From NCBI GenBank assembly GCA_016934475.1, contig JAFGST010000010.1:1-51559 (forward strand): 51,559 nt of DNA. Reading direction: 5' to 3'. The notes below the pieces were generated by a model. It was not told the origin of the DNA, did not search any database, and saw only the letters and a program-made list of their open reading frames with translations. A program made the translations under genes and the position numbers. Positions within the stretch are counted from its first letter, which is position 1; each line of letters begins with the position of its first letter. Source of the DNA: Candidatus Aminicenantes bacterium. Its GTDB lineage: Bacteria; Acidobacteriota; Aminicenantia; UBA2199. Below, in pieces: positions 30,669 to 38,493 of the stretch.

Positions 30669-31187
30669 TCAGTCGGTCTGGGCGTGCTCGGCTTTCGTCT
30701 TGTATTCCTTCAATAGTTGCTGGACTTTCTTGGGCGTCAGGCGCCCGTAGGTTTCGTCATTGATGGTGATGACCGGGGATAGGGAGCAGCAGCCGAGGCA
30801 AGCCACCTTCTGCAGGGTGAACAGCCCGTCCTCGGTTGTGTCGCCCCCGCTGATCTGCAGCTCGTCCTCGATGACGCCGGCGATCCGTTCCGAGCCGTTG
30901 ACGTGGCAGGCGGTGCCGTCGCAGACCTTGATCAGGTATTTTCCCAGCGGCTTGAGGCGGAACTGGGAGTAGAACGTGATCACGCCGTAGATGTCGGCCG
31001 CCGGCAGGCCGACGATCTCGCTGATCTGATCGATGGCCGATTCGGGGATGAATCCGTAGGTGTCCTGGGCGGCTTGCAGCAGGGGGATCAGGGCGCCCCT
31101 TTCCCCCTCGTAGCTCCACAATTCGACCTTGAAACCGGCAAGGCCGTTCCGTTTCCTTGGGGCATTCAGCTCTTCATTGGCTTTCAT
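30669..31187 (-). CDS. NuoE/HydC-like 2Fe-2S subunit
   Basis: LIPLLQAAQ..YG, GVITFYSQF, VCDGTACH and VACLGCC motifs. Confidence 0.92.
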   Translation of the reverse strand: MKANEELNAPRKRNGLAGFKVELWSYEGERGALIPLLQAAQDTYGFIPESAIDQISEIVGLPAADIYGVITFYSQFRLKPLGKYLIKVCDGTACHVNGSERIAGVIEDELQISGGDTTEDGLFTLQKVACLGCCSLSPVITINDETYGRLTPKKVQQLLKEYKTKAEHAQTD

Positions 31188-31211
31188 GCCCCCATTATCT
31201 TACATTTTGCC

Positions 31212-32222
31212 TTACATTTCAAACAGCTTGATGATCGGGGTCTCCTTGATGCGCAGCACGCCGTCGAGGGGCTTGATCTTGGACTGGATGACGCGATCGA
31301 TCTCGGCGAAGCTGGCTCCCTGCATCAGCAGAACCATATCGTACTTGCCATGAAGGCAGTCGCTGGAGACGACGTGGTCGTTCATGTACAGGGTGGGATA
31401 GATGGTTTCCAGCTTGTCTTTGTCGATCTCCAGGAAGACGTAGGAGGAGGCGCTTTTCCAGAAATTGGCGTTGTTGACAGCCTCCGGGTTCCCCTTTTCC
31501 CGACCCAGGGCCTTGTCGACGGTGCCGATGATGTTGCCGACGCTCTCGGGGAGGTGCGGCGACTCGACCGGCAGGAAGACGACTTCCCGCACGCCGGGGA
31601 GCTTGTGGATCTTGTTCTCCACCAAGGCCTGGATGTCGGACAGGGTTTCCGCCTGCAGCAGCAAGCCCAGGTCATGATCGCCCTTGAGGGCATCGCAGTA
31701 CAGCACGTTGTCCATGAAATACAATTCTTGATAGATATCGGTCAGGTTGGCTTCAGAAGCAAAATTCAGCAGGGCGTAGGCGCTGACCGCCTTCTTCTCG
31801 CCGGGGATCTCCTGCTCCATCTCCTGGGGTGCGTCAGCCGGGGTTTTCAGGGGGAGGTCGTTCAGGATGTTGGCCAGCTCTTCGGCGGTGAAAGGCTTCT
31901 CCAGATAGGCGTCGGCTTTCTGCGAGCGGGCGTCGGCTTCGGTCGCGTCGCTTCCGTAGCCGGTGATGACCACCACGGGCAACTCGGGATAGTTGAATTT
32001 GATCACCTTGAGCAACTTGAGACCGTCGATGTCGGGTAGGCGCACGTCGACCACCACATAATTGAGATCTTTTTGCTTTTGCTTGAACGCTTCCAGTGTT
32101 TTCAGGCCGCACATTCCGCTTTCGCAGGACTCGGTCTCAAACCCCTTTTGCAGCAAGCCCAGGGCCAGGCTCCGCTGCAGCGAAGATTCGTCGTCGATCA
32201 ACAGGATCTTTTTTTCTTTCAT
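31212..32222 (-). CDS. Response regulator receiver fused to two Lrp/AsnC-like ligand-binding domains
   Basis: LLIDDE, VVDVRLPDIDG, ITGY and EKPF receiver motifs, then two ~70-aa repeats (AYALL..V.YCDALKGDHDL..I.KLPGV; SYVFL..V.SSDCLHGKYDM..IKPLDGV). No HTH. Confidence 0.78.
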   Translation of the reverse strand: MKEKKILLIDDESSLQRSLALGLLQKGFETESCESGMCGLKTLEAFKQKQKDLNYVVVDVRLPDIDGLKLLKVIKFNYPELPVVVITGYGSDATEADARSQKADAYLEKPFTAEELANILNDLPLKTPADAPQEMEQEIPGEKKAVSAYALLNFASEANLTDIYQELYFMDNVLYCDALKGDHDLGLLLQAETLSDIQALVENKIHKLPGVREVVFLPVESPHLPESVGNIIGTVDKALGREKGNPEAVNNANFWKSASSYVFLEIDKDKLETIYPTLYMNDHVVSSDCLHGKYDMVLLMQGASFAEIDRVIQSKIKPLDGVLRIKETPIIKLFEM

Positions 32223-32278
32223 CTTTATGCTCCTTAGTTCTTTAATTTCAGGGGCTTTCGCTTCCCTGTAAAACAATA

Positions 32279-32295
32279 AGCAAGAGGGATGCCAA
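32279..32295 (-). promoter_or_regulatory. sigma54 (-24/-12) promoter
   Basis: Minus strand TTGGCAT-CCCTC-TTGCT matches TGGCAY-N5-TTGCW, about 57 bp upstream of the RR start. Confidence 0.75.
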
Positions 32296-32358
32296 ATCGG
32301 AAAAGCCAATATTTACTGTGGTTCTTGCTTGTTCAACGCTTTCCCCATGGGAGCGTTT

Positions 32359-32433
32359 TGCTTCGATATTTTACAGTTTTTAGGCAAAAGTGCCATCCAG
32401 TCAGGGCTTTTTGACTTGTTAAATTATTTTACA
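32359..32433. promoter_or_regulatory. Two candidate upstream activator sites for a sigma54 activator
   Basis: 17-bp imperfect palindrome TGTTAAATTATTTTACA (32417-32433) and a related TGCTTCGATATTTTACA (32359-32375). Confidence 0.4.
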
Positions 32434-32581
32434 CTTTACGAATGGCCAGAATCCCTTATCCAGTAAGACTTTTACGCTGCTAAAATATTTGCTGTATATT
32501 TTTTTGCTTGATTCTATTAGAATTGCATTTCAAAGGAGGGCGTTCTGGGCGGTTCATCTCCTTTTTCTCATGCAGATCGGC

Positions 32582-32610
32582 TTGAAATCGGGCGAGTTCT
32601 TTGCTACTTT
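32582..32610 (+). promoter_or_regulatory. sigma70-type promoter of nfnAB
   Basis: TTGAAA (32582-32587), 17 bp, TG-C-TACTTT (-10 at 32605-32610). Confidence 0.6.
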
Positions 32611-32633
32611 AGGAGTCCGTGGAGGAAACGCCC

Positions 32634-33461
32634 ATGAACAAGGTCGTAGCCAAGGAATTCCTTTCGGACAACGTGGCCAGATTGGTCATCGAGGTCCCAC
32701 TCATCGCGAAGAAGCAGAAGCCGGGCCAGTTCGTCATTGTGCGCACCGACGATCGGGGGGAGCGTATTCCTCTGACGATCGCTGACGCCGACAAGGAGAA
32801 CGGGACCATCACCCTCATCGTCCAGAGGGTCGGTACCTCCTCGCACAAGATCTGCGATCTGAACGCCGGGGACGCGCTGCTGGATGTCTCCGGTCCCCTG
32901 GGTCGCCCCACGCATGTCGAGAAAGTGGGAACCGTGCTGGCCTGTGGCGGCGGCGTGGGCATTGCCCCTCTCTATCCAATCGCCAGGGCGTTCAAGGAGG
33001 CCGGCAACAGGCTCGTCACGGTGCTGGGTGCCCGCAGCCGAGATCTGCTGATCCTGGAAAAGGAGATGGCCGTGTTCGCCGATGAGCTGGTCGTCATGAC
33101 CGATGACGGCTCCTATGGCAAGAAGGGGCTGATTACGGCCGGCATCGAGGAAGTGCTGGTGCGCGAGCCCGTCCACCTGGTGGTGACCATCGGGCCGGCG
33201 GTGATGATGAAATTCGTCGCCCTGCTCACCAAGAAGCACAACGTCCCGACCATCGCCAGCCTGAACACAATCATGGTGGACGGGACCGGGATGTGCGGCG
33301 CCTGCCGGGTCACGGTCGGAGGAAGGACCCGCTTCGTCTGCGTCGACGGTCCCGAGTTTGATGCCCACGAGATAGACTACGACGAGATGATCAAGAGGCT
33401 GAACACCTATCAAAGGGAAGAACGCCTTTCCTATGACGCATTCCGGAAAACATCGCCCTGA
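32634..33461 (+). CDS. nfnA: NADH-dependent ferredoxin:NADP+ oxidoreductase small subunit (NfnA/SudB)
   Basis: PGQFVI, GERIPLTI, GPLG, GGGVG, TDDGSYG and SLNTIMVDGTGMCGACRV..CVDGPEF motifs. Confidence 0.9.
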   Translation: MNKVVAKEFLSDNVARLVIEVPLIAKKQKPGQFVIVRTDDRGERIPLTIADADKENGTITLIVQRVGTSSHKICDLNAGDALLDVSGPLGRPTHVEKVGTVLACGGGVGIAPLYPIARAFKEAGNRLVTVLGARSRDLLILEKEMAVFADELVVMTDDGSYGKKGLITAGIEEVLVREPVHLVVTIGPAVMMKFVALLTKKHNVPTIASLNTIMVDGTGMCGACRVTVGGRTRFVCVDGPEFDAHEIDYDEMIKRLNTYQREERLSYDAFRKTSP

Positions 33462-33473
33462 AGGAGATCCATC

Positions 33474-34961
33474 ATGCCGGTTGATCTGCAGGAATTGAGC
33501 GCCGACAGGAACCAGGAGTGGAGAAACGAGCTGCGAAGCAAGTTGAGCGCCAAGGAGCGGAGCGCCTTGCCCCGCGTCCGCATGCCCGAGCTGGATCCCG
33601 GGCAGAGAAAAAAGGGCTTCGAGGAGGTCAACACCGGATTGAGCGCCGAGATGGCCGTCCAGGAGGCACGACGATGCCTGGACTGCGCCTCGCCCACGTG
33701 CATTTCCGGTTGCCCGGTGAACATCAATATCCCGGGATTCATCAAACTGATCGAAAAGGGGGATTTCCCGGCGGCGGCCAGGAAATTGAAGGAGACCAAC
33801 GCCCTGCCGGCCGTTTGCGGCCGGGTTTGTCCCCAGGAGATCCAGTGCGAGGCCAATTGCGTCTACCAGAGGATGAAAAAGCCGCCGGTGGCCATCGGCT
33901 ACCTGGAGAGGTTCGCCTCGGACTGCGAACGCCTTTCGGGAAACATCGCCATCCCGGCGATCGCCAGAGCGATCCCGCTGCAGGTCGCCGCCATCGGCTC
34001 CGGGCCGGCCAGCTTGACCTTCGCCGGCCTGATGGCCAAGCTGGGCTACCGCGTGACCGTCTTCGAGGCCCTGCATGAGCTGGCCGGGGTGCTGAGCTAC
34101 GGCATCCCGGAATTCCGCCTGCCCAAGAGCATCGTACGCTCGGAGATCGCCTATCTGGAGGCTATCGGCGTGGTCTTCGAAAGGAACGTGGTCGTCGGCA
34201 AGACCTTGACATTCGATGACATGAAAGGACAGGGATTCCGGGGATTCTTTATCGGCAGCGGCGCCGGTCTGCCGAAGTTCATGCACATCCCCGGCGAGAA
34301 TTCCATCGGCATCTACTCCTCCAACGAATACCTCACCCGCGTCAACCTGATGAAGGCCTACCAATTCCCCCGCTTCGACACGCCGATCGTCAGCGGCAGG
34401 CAGGTGGCGGTCATCGGCGGGGGCAACACGGCCATGGATTCGGTGCGCACGGCCGTCCGCCTGGGCGCCGAGAGGGCGATGATCGTTTATCGCCGCTCCG
34501 AGCAGGAAATGCCGGCCCGCATCGAGGAGGTGCACCATGCCAAGGAGGAAGGGGTCGAGTTCCTGACCCTGACCAATCCCGTCGCCTACCTCGCCGACGA
34601 GAACGGGCGGGTGAAGCAGATGCGGGTGCAGAAGATGGAGCTGGGAGCCCCCGACGATTCGGGGAGACGGCGGCCTGTGGTCATCGCCGGGTCCGAGTAC
34701 GCAATCGACGTGGACACGGTGGTCGTCGGCGTCGGCACCGATCCCAATCCCCTCATCCCGCAAACGGTCGGCGGTCTCGAGGTCACCAAGTGGGGGACCA
34801 TCGTGGTCAACGAAGAGACCATGCAGACCGCCGTGCCGGAGATATTCGCCGGCGGTGACATCGTCCGCGGCGGCGCGACCGTCATCCTGGCCATGGGCGA
34901 CGGGAAAAAGGCGGCCGAGTCCATGCACGCCTACCTGCAGCGTGGAACGAGCGCGACATGA
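33474..34961 (+). CDS. nfnB: NADH-dependent ferredoxin:NADP+ oxidoreductase large subunit (NfnB/SudA, GltD-like)
   Basis: EARRCLDC..C..GCPV, CGRVCPQE.QCE, GSGPA, YGIPEFRLPK, GGGNTAMD, YRRS and GGATVILAMGDG motifs; directly follows nfnA. Confidence 0.9.
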   Translation: MPVDLQELSADRNQEWRNELRSKLSAKERSALPRVRMPELDPGQRKKGFEEVNTGLSAEMAVQEARRCLDCASPTCISGCPVNINIPGFIKLIEKGDFPAAARKLKETNALPAVCGRVCPQEIQCEANCVYQRMKKPPVAIGYLERFASDCERLSGNIAIPAIARAIPLQVAAIGSGPASLTFAGLMAKLGYRVTVFEALHELAGVLSYGIPEFRLPKSIVRSEIAYLEAIGVVFERNVVVGKTLTFDDMKGQGFRGFFIGSGAGLPKFMHIPGENSIGIYSSNEYLTRVNLMKAYQFPRFDTPIVSGRQVAVIGGGNTAMDSVRTAVRLGAERAMIVYRRSEQEMPARIEEVHHAKEEGVEFLTLTNPVAYLADENGRVKQMRVQKMELGAPDDSGRRRPVVIAGSEYAIDVDTVVVGVGTDPNPLIPQTVGGLEVTKWGTIVVNEETMQTAVPEIFAGGDIVRGGATVILAMGDGKKAAESMHAYLQRGTSAT

Positions 34962-34982
34962 CGCCGGGGAAGCGGCCCGGGC

Positions 34983-35753
34983 TCAGTCCCGCGCCTTCCC
35001 ACCCGTTTGCGCCGGTCCGTAATCGACGCGCACCAGGGTCAATCCCTTGGCCGGCGCCGTCTGCCCCGCCCGGCGACGGTCCTTGGAGGCGAAGATAACC
35101 GGGATGTCGTCTGCGGCGATCTTCCCCCGGCCGACGTCAATCAGCGTGCCGATCATGTTGCGCACCATGTAGCGCAGGAAGCTCTTGCCGCGAACGGTGA
35201 AAGTGATCTCCTCGTTCCGGAACCGCATCCTGAACTCGTCGATCTCGCGAACCTTCTTTTTCGCGGGTTCATCGGAGGAGAAGGAGGTGAAGTCCTTCGT
35301 GCCGATGAAATGGCGCGCGGCCCGGCGCATGGCCTTGAGGTCGAGGGGATAGGGAAGGTGCAGGGCGAAGCGCTGGCTGAACGGCGACTGCACCTGGCCC
35401 GTGAATACGCGGTAGACATAGGTCTTGGCGACGGCCCCGAAACGGGCGTTGAACGCCTTGTCCGCCAGTTCGCACTCCATGATGCGGATGTCCCTGGGCA
35501 GGAGCGAGTTCATCGCCCGGCGCAGCGATTCGGGCTCGATGGCGATCGGCAGATGGAAATTGGCGGTCAGGCCGCTGGAATGCACTCCGGCGTCGGTCCG
35601 AGAGCTCCCGGTGACCAGGACCTGCTTCTTGGCGATGATTTTCAGCACCCGGACCAGTTCGCCCTGGATGGTCCGGTACTCGGGTGCCTGGCACTGCCAG
35701 CCGAAGTATTCGCTGCCGTCGAAATGCACGACCACGCGGTAGTTGCTGCTCAT
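34983..35753 (-). CDS. truA: tRNA pseudouridine(38-40) synthase
   Basis: FDGSEYFGWQ, SRTDAGVH, FNARF, DFTSF, SFLRYMVR and TAPAKGL motifs. Confidence 0.95.
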   Translation of the reverse strand: MSSNYRVVVHFDGSEYFGWQCQAPEYRTIQGELVRVLKIIAKKQVLVTGSSRTDAGVHSSGLTANFHLPIAIEPESLRRAMNSLLPRDIRIMECELADKAFNARFGAVAKTYVYRVFTGQVQSPFSQRFALHLPYPLDLKAMRRAARHFIGTKDFTSFSSDEPAKKKVREIDEFRMRFRNEEITFTVRGKSFLRYMVRNMIGTLIDVGRGKIAADDIPVIFASKDRRRAGQTAPAKGLTLVRVDYGPAQTGGKARD

Positions 35754-35769
35754 GGCGACCCTGGGCGGC

Positions 35770-36258
35770 CTATTTCCCCTGGCAAAAGAAGTCGCCGATC
35801 AGGCGCATGGCCTCCTGGGGCGTCTTCACGGCGATGACCCCGGGAATGTCCCAGGTCTGGATGCCGAAGACCTTTTTGCCGAAGACTTGGGCATAGGCGA
35901 TCTCGGAAAGGGTCCCGTAGGAGCCGTCGACCGCCACCAGGACGTCGGCATTCAGCACCACCAGCGCGTTGCGCAGGTACCCCAACCCGGTGGGGACGGC
36001 GATGTCGGTGAAGGAATTGGCTTCCTGGGCCGCTTTTCCCGGCAGGATGCCGATGACCCACCCTCCAGCGGCCTTGGCCCCCCTGGCCGAGGCCTCCATC
36101 ACCCCTTTCAGTCCGCCATTGACCAGGATATAGCCGTTTTCGGCGACCAGACGCCCCATATCCTCAGCGGTCCGCAGATGCTCGGGAGAGGGGGCGCTGC
36201 CGCCGATGAGGCCAACCCGCTTTTTTGCCGACAATCCGCCTTCAGGTCGGAGTTTCAA
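35770..36258 (-). CDS. TIGR00725 / LOG-like Rossmann-fold nucleotide-binding protein
   Basis: NGGLKGVMEA..GA..AGG..IGILP, TGLG..RN and GSYGTLSEIA motifs. The true start may be TTG 36234. Confidence 0.85.
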   Translation of the reverse strand: MKLRPEGGLSAKKRVGLIGGSAPSPEHLRTAEDMGRLVAENGYILVNGGLKGVMEASARGAKAAGGWVIGILPGKAAQEANSFTDIAVPTGLGYLRNALVVLNADVLVAVDGSYGTLSEIAYAQVFGKKVFGIQTWDIPGVIAVKTPQEAMRLIGDFFCQGK

Positions 36259-36272
36259 GCGGGGATCCCCTC

Positions 36273-36464
36273 TCAGACGGCTTTCTTGATCCTGCCGGAA
36301 CGGATGCAGGCGGTGCAGACCCTAAGGGATTTGGTCTTGCCGTCGACCACCACCTTGACCTTCTGCAAATTGGGCTCCCAGCGGCGGTTGGTGATCTTGT
36401 GGGAGTGGCTGACATTGTGGCCGTAAGTGGGTTTTTTCCCGCATATATCGCAGATTTTGGCCAT
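36273..36464 (-). CDS. rpmB: 50S ribosomal protein L28
   Basis: MAKICDICGKKPTYGHNVSHSHKITNRRWEPNLQ...VCTACIRSG; AGGAGG RBS. Confidence 0.96.
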   Translation of the reverse strand: MAKICDICGKKPTYGHNVSHSHKITNRRWEPNLQKVKVVVDGKTKSLRVCTACIRSGRIKKAV

Positions 36465-36495
36465 GGGTGACTCCTCCTTTTTCTCTGAAGTCCTT

Positions 36496-36556
36496 ATTTT
36501 ACACTTTTCCGGCGCGGAATGCAATCATTGAAAACCGCCCCTTTCCGTGCTACGAT
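36496..36556. promoter_or_regulatory. Back-to-back sigma70 promoters for rpmB (-) and the C10 peptidase (+)
   Basis: Minus: TTGCAT (36519-36524), 17 bp, TAAAAT (36496-36501). Plus: TTGAAA (36528-36533), 17 bp, TG-C-TACGAT (-10 at 36551-36556). Confidence 0.65.
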
Positions 36557-36574
36557 CGGGAGGCGAGGTCGATA

Positions 36575-38026
36575 ATGAAAAAACTCCTTGTGACGGCCGT
36601 TCTGTTCCTGTGGTTCGGCATGATCTTCGCCGCTCACGTTCCGTTCGCCGACGCCAAACAGGTCGCCCAGAATTGGGTGCAAATCCTGGCAGACGAATTC
36701 AGGGACCGGGTCACGCTGGCCGGCGGTGAATCGCTGCGGCGCCAGGGAGTTGTCGTCGGCCATGTCTTCCACCTGGCGCCTTCCGGCTTCGTGCTGGTCG
36801 CCGCCGAGGATTATCTCCCGCCGGTCAAGCTGTACTCGCTGAAGAACGAATTCGGCCGCGAGGGGCGGACGTTCGAGGAACAGATCATCGGGAACCTGCA
36901 GGCCCTGATCGCCAAGGTGAATGCCGGGACCCTGGACCCCGAAAAGTATTTTCTGGGAGTCAACCGGGACAATTTCGCCTGGCTGAAGAAGGAGCGGCCG
37001 TTGCCGCGGGCGCTGATGAGCGTGACCCCGGTTCAGGACGCCGCCCCCCTGCTGCGCACGGCCTGGAACCAGGGGGACCCCTACAACGCCCTATGCCCGG
37101 AGATCAACGGCCGCAAGCCTCCGTGCGGCTGCGTGGCCACGGCCTTCGCTCAGATATTCCACTATTTCCAGTACCCGGCGACGGGGCGGGGATCGCACAG
37201 CTACCAGTGGCGCGGGACATCCCTCACCACCCGCTTCGACCATCCATACCCCTGGGATCAGATGCTGCTCGACTACAACGAGACGCCCGGCAGCACGGAA
37301 CAGCGGAACGCCGTCGCCCGGCTGATGTTCGATCTCGGCGTGGCCTTCGAAATGGACTACAACCTGCGCGGCAGCGGCGCCTACCCCACCGACGCCCTGA
37401 CGGTCCTGCCGCTGTATTTCAAGTATTCCGATCGCATCAAGGCTATCGAGCGCAGCGGGGTCTCCAGCGATGAGCAGTGGTTCGCCATCGCCCGCCAGCA
37501 GCTGGACAACGGCCTGCCGCTGGCCTTCGCCATCTACAGCGAGGATGTCGGCCATGAGGTGGTCATCGACGGCTACCGTGTCTCCGGGGGCGCGACGAGC
37601 TTCCATATCAACATGGGCTGGGGGGGGGCGTACGACGCGTATTATTCCCTGAACAACATCATGGATTTCGATGTCAATGAATGGCAGATCTTCGTATATG
37701 ACATCTATCCGCCCGACTTCCTGGCCGTGCCGCCCCCGCAGAACACCGGCGGCGAGGCTTTTCTGAACGAAAGCCTGTTCTTTTCCCAGTATTTCTGCCG
37801 CATCCGTTGGGAAGCCGGTCCCGGCGGCGACGCCGAGCTGGGCAAATATGTGATTCTCCAGAGGGACGGCCAGGGGAACGTCTCCACGCTGGGGGAGGTC
37901 GAGCCCCGGGTCAAGGAATTCACCTTCCGCTGTGCCGATTATTCGGCCTGCAGCTACGCGGTGGTGGCGGTCGACCGCAGCGGCCGCCAATCGGTGGTGA
38001 AATATTTCCCGCTGCTCCTGCGCTAG
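36575..38026 (+). CDS. C10 family (streptopain-like) cysteine peptidase with signal peptide, pro-domain and C-terminal Fn3-like domain
   Basis: WNQGDPYN..CP, GCVATAFAQI (catalytic Cys), GHEVVIDGY (catalytic His) and HINMGWGG. Confidence 0.88.
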   Translation: MKKLLVTAVLFLWFGMIFAAHVPFADAKQVAQNWVQILADEFRDRVTLAGGESLRRQGVVVGHVFHLAPSGFVLVAAEDYLPPVKLYSLKNEFGREGRTFEEQIIGNLQALIAKVNAGTLDPEKYFLGVNRDNFAWLKKERPLPRALMSVTPVQDAAPLLRTAWNQGDPYNALCPEINGRKPPCGCVATAFAQIFHYFQYPATGRGSHSYQWRGTSLTTRFDHPYPWDQMLLDYNETPGSTEQRNAVARLMFDLGVAFEMDYNLRGSGAYPTDALTVLPLYFKYSDRIKAIERSGVSSDEQWFAIARQQLDNGLPLAFAIYSEDVGHEVVIDGYRVSGGATSFHINMGWGGAYDAYYSLNNIMDFDVNEWQIFVYDIYPPDFLAVPPPQNTGGEAFLNESLFFSQYFCRIRWEAGPGGDAELGKYVILQRDGQGNVSTLGEVEPRVKEFTFRCADYSACSYAVVAVDRSGRQSVVKYFPLLLR

Positions 38027-38493
38027 ATAGGGATCGGGCCGAGAAAAATCCGGTGGAATGCCAGCAATACCCCCAGCGTGTACAGCCCGGCCAGGATGTC
38101 GTCGGTCATGATGCCGAAGCCGCGGGGCAGCGATTCGCTCAGGAGGATGGGGAAGGGCTTGACGATGTCGAAGGCGCGGAAGATAAACACGGCGGCGATG
38201 TAGAGCAGCGCCTGGCGCGGCAGCAGCCACAGGGCGATCATCTGCCCGGCCACTTCGTCGATGACGCAGGGCTGGGGATCCTTGTCCTTGAAATGGTGCT
38301 CGCTGGCCGTCGCGGCCGGAACGCCGAGAGCGGATACGATGCCCACGGCCAGGATGTATGTTAGGATCGGAGCGGAGGACAAGGGGGTGACATAGACGAT
38401 CAGGGCGGTCAGGAACGAAGCCCAGGTTCCCGGGGCGACGGGCAGGAACCCGGTGCCGAAAAATGTGGCGATCACGACCCATGGTTTTTTCAT
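38023..38493 (-). CDS. pgpA: Phosphatidylglycerophosphatase A
   Basis: FGTG..PVAPGTWAS, DPQPCVIDEVAG, FRAFDIVKP and GIMTDD..AG motifs. Confidence 0.92.
   Translation of the reverse strand: MKKPWVVIATFFGTGFLPVAPGTWASFLTALIVYVTPLSSAPILTYILAVGIVSALGVPAATASEHHFKDKDPQPCVIDEVAGQMIALWLLPRQALLYIAAVFIFRAFDIVKPFPILLSESLPRGFGIMTDDILAGLYTLGVLLAFHRIFLGPIPI

Noticed and set aside
32383-32396. Second sigma54-like motif TGGCACTTTTGC on the minus strand
   Set aside because: GG-to-GC spacing is 3 bp too short for a -24/-12 promoter.
33474-34961. Glutamate synthase small subunit (gltD)
   Set aside because: No gltB is nearby, and it is paired with an nfnA/sudB gene.
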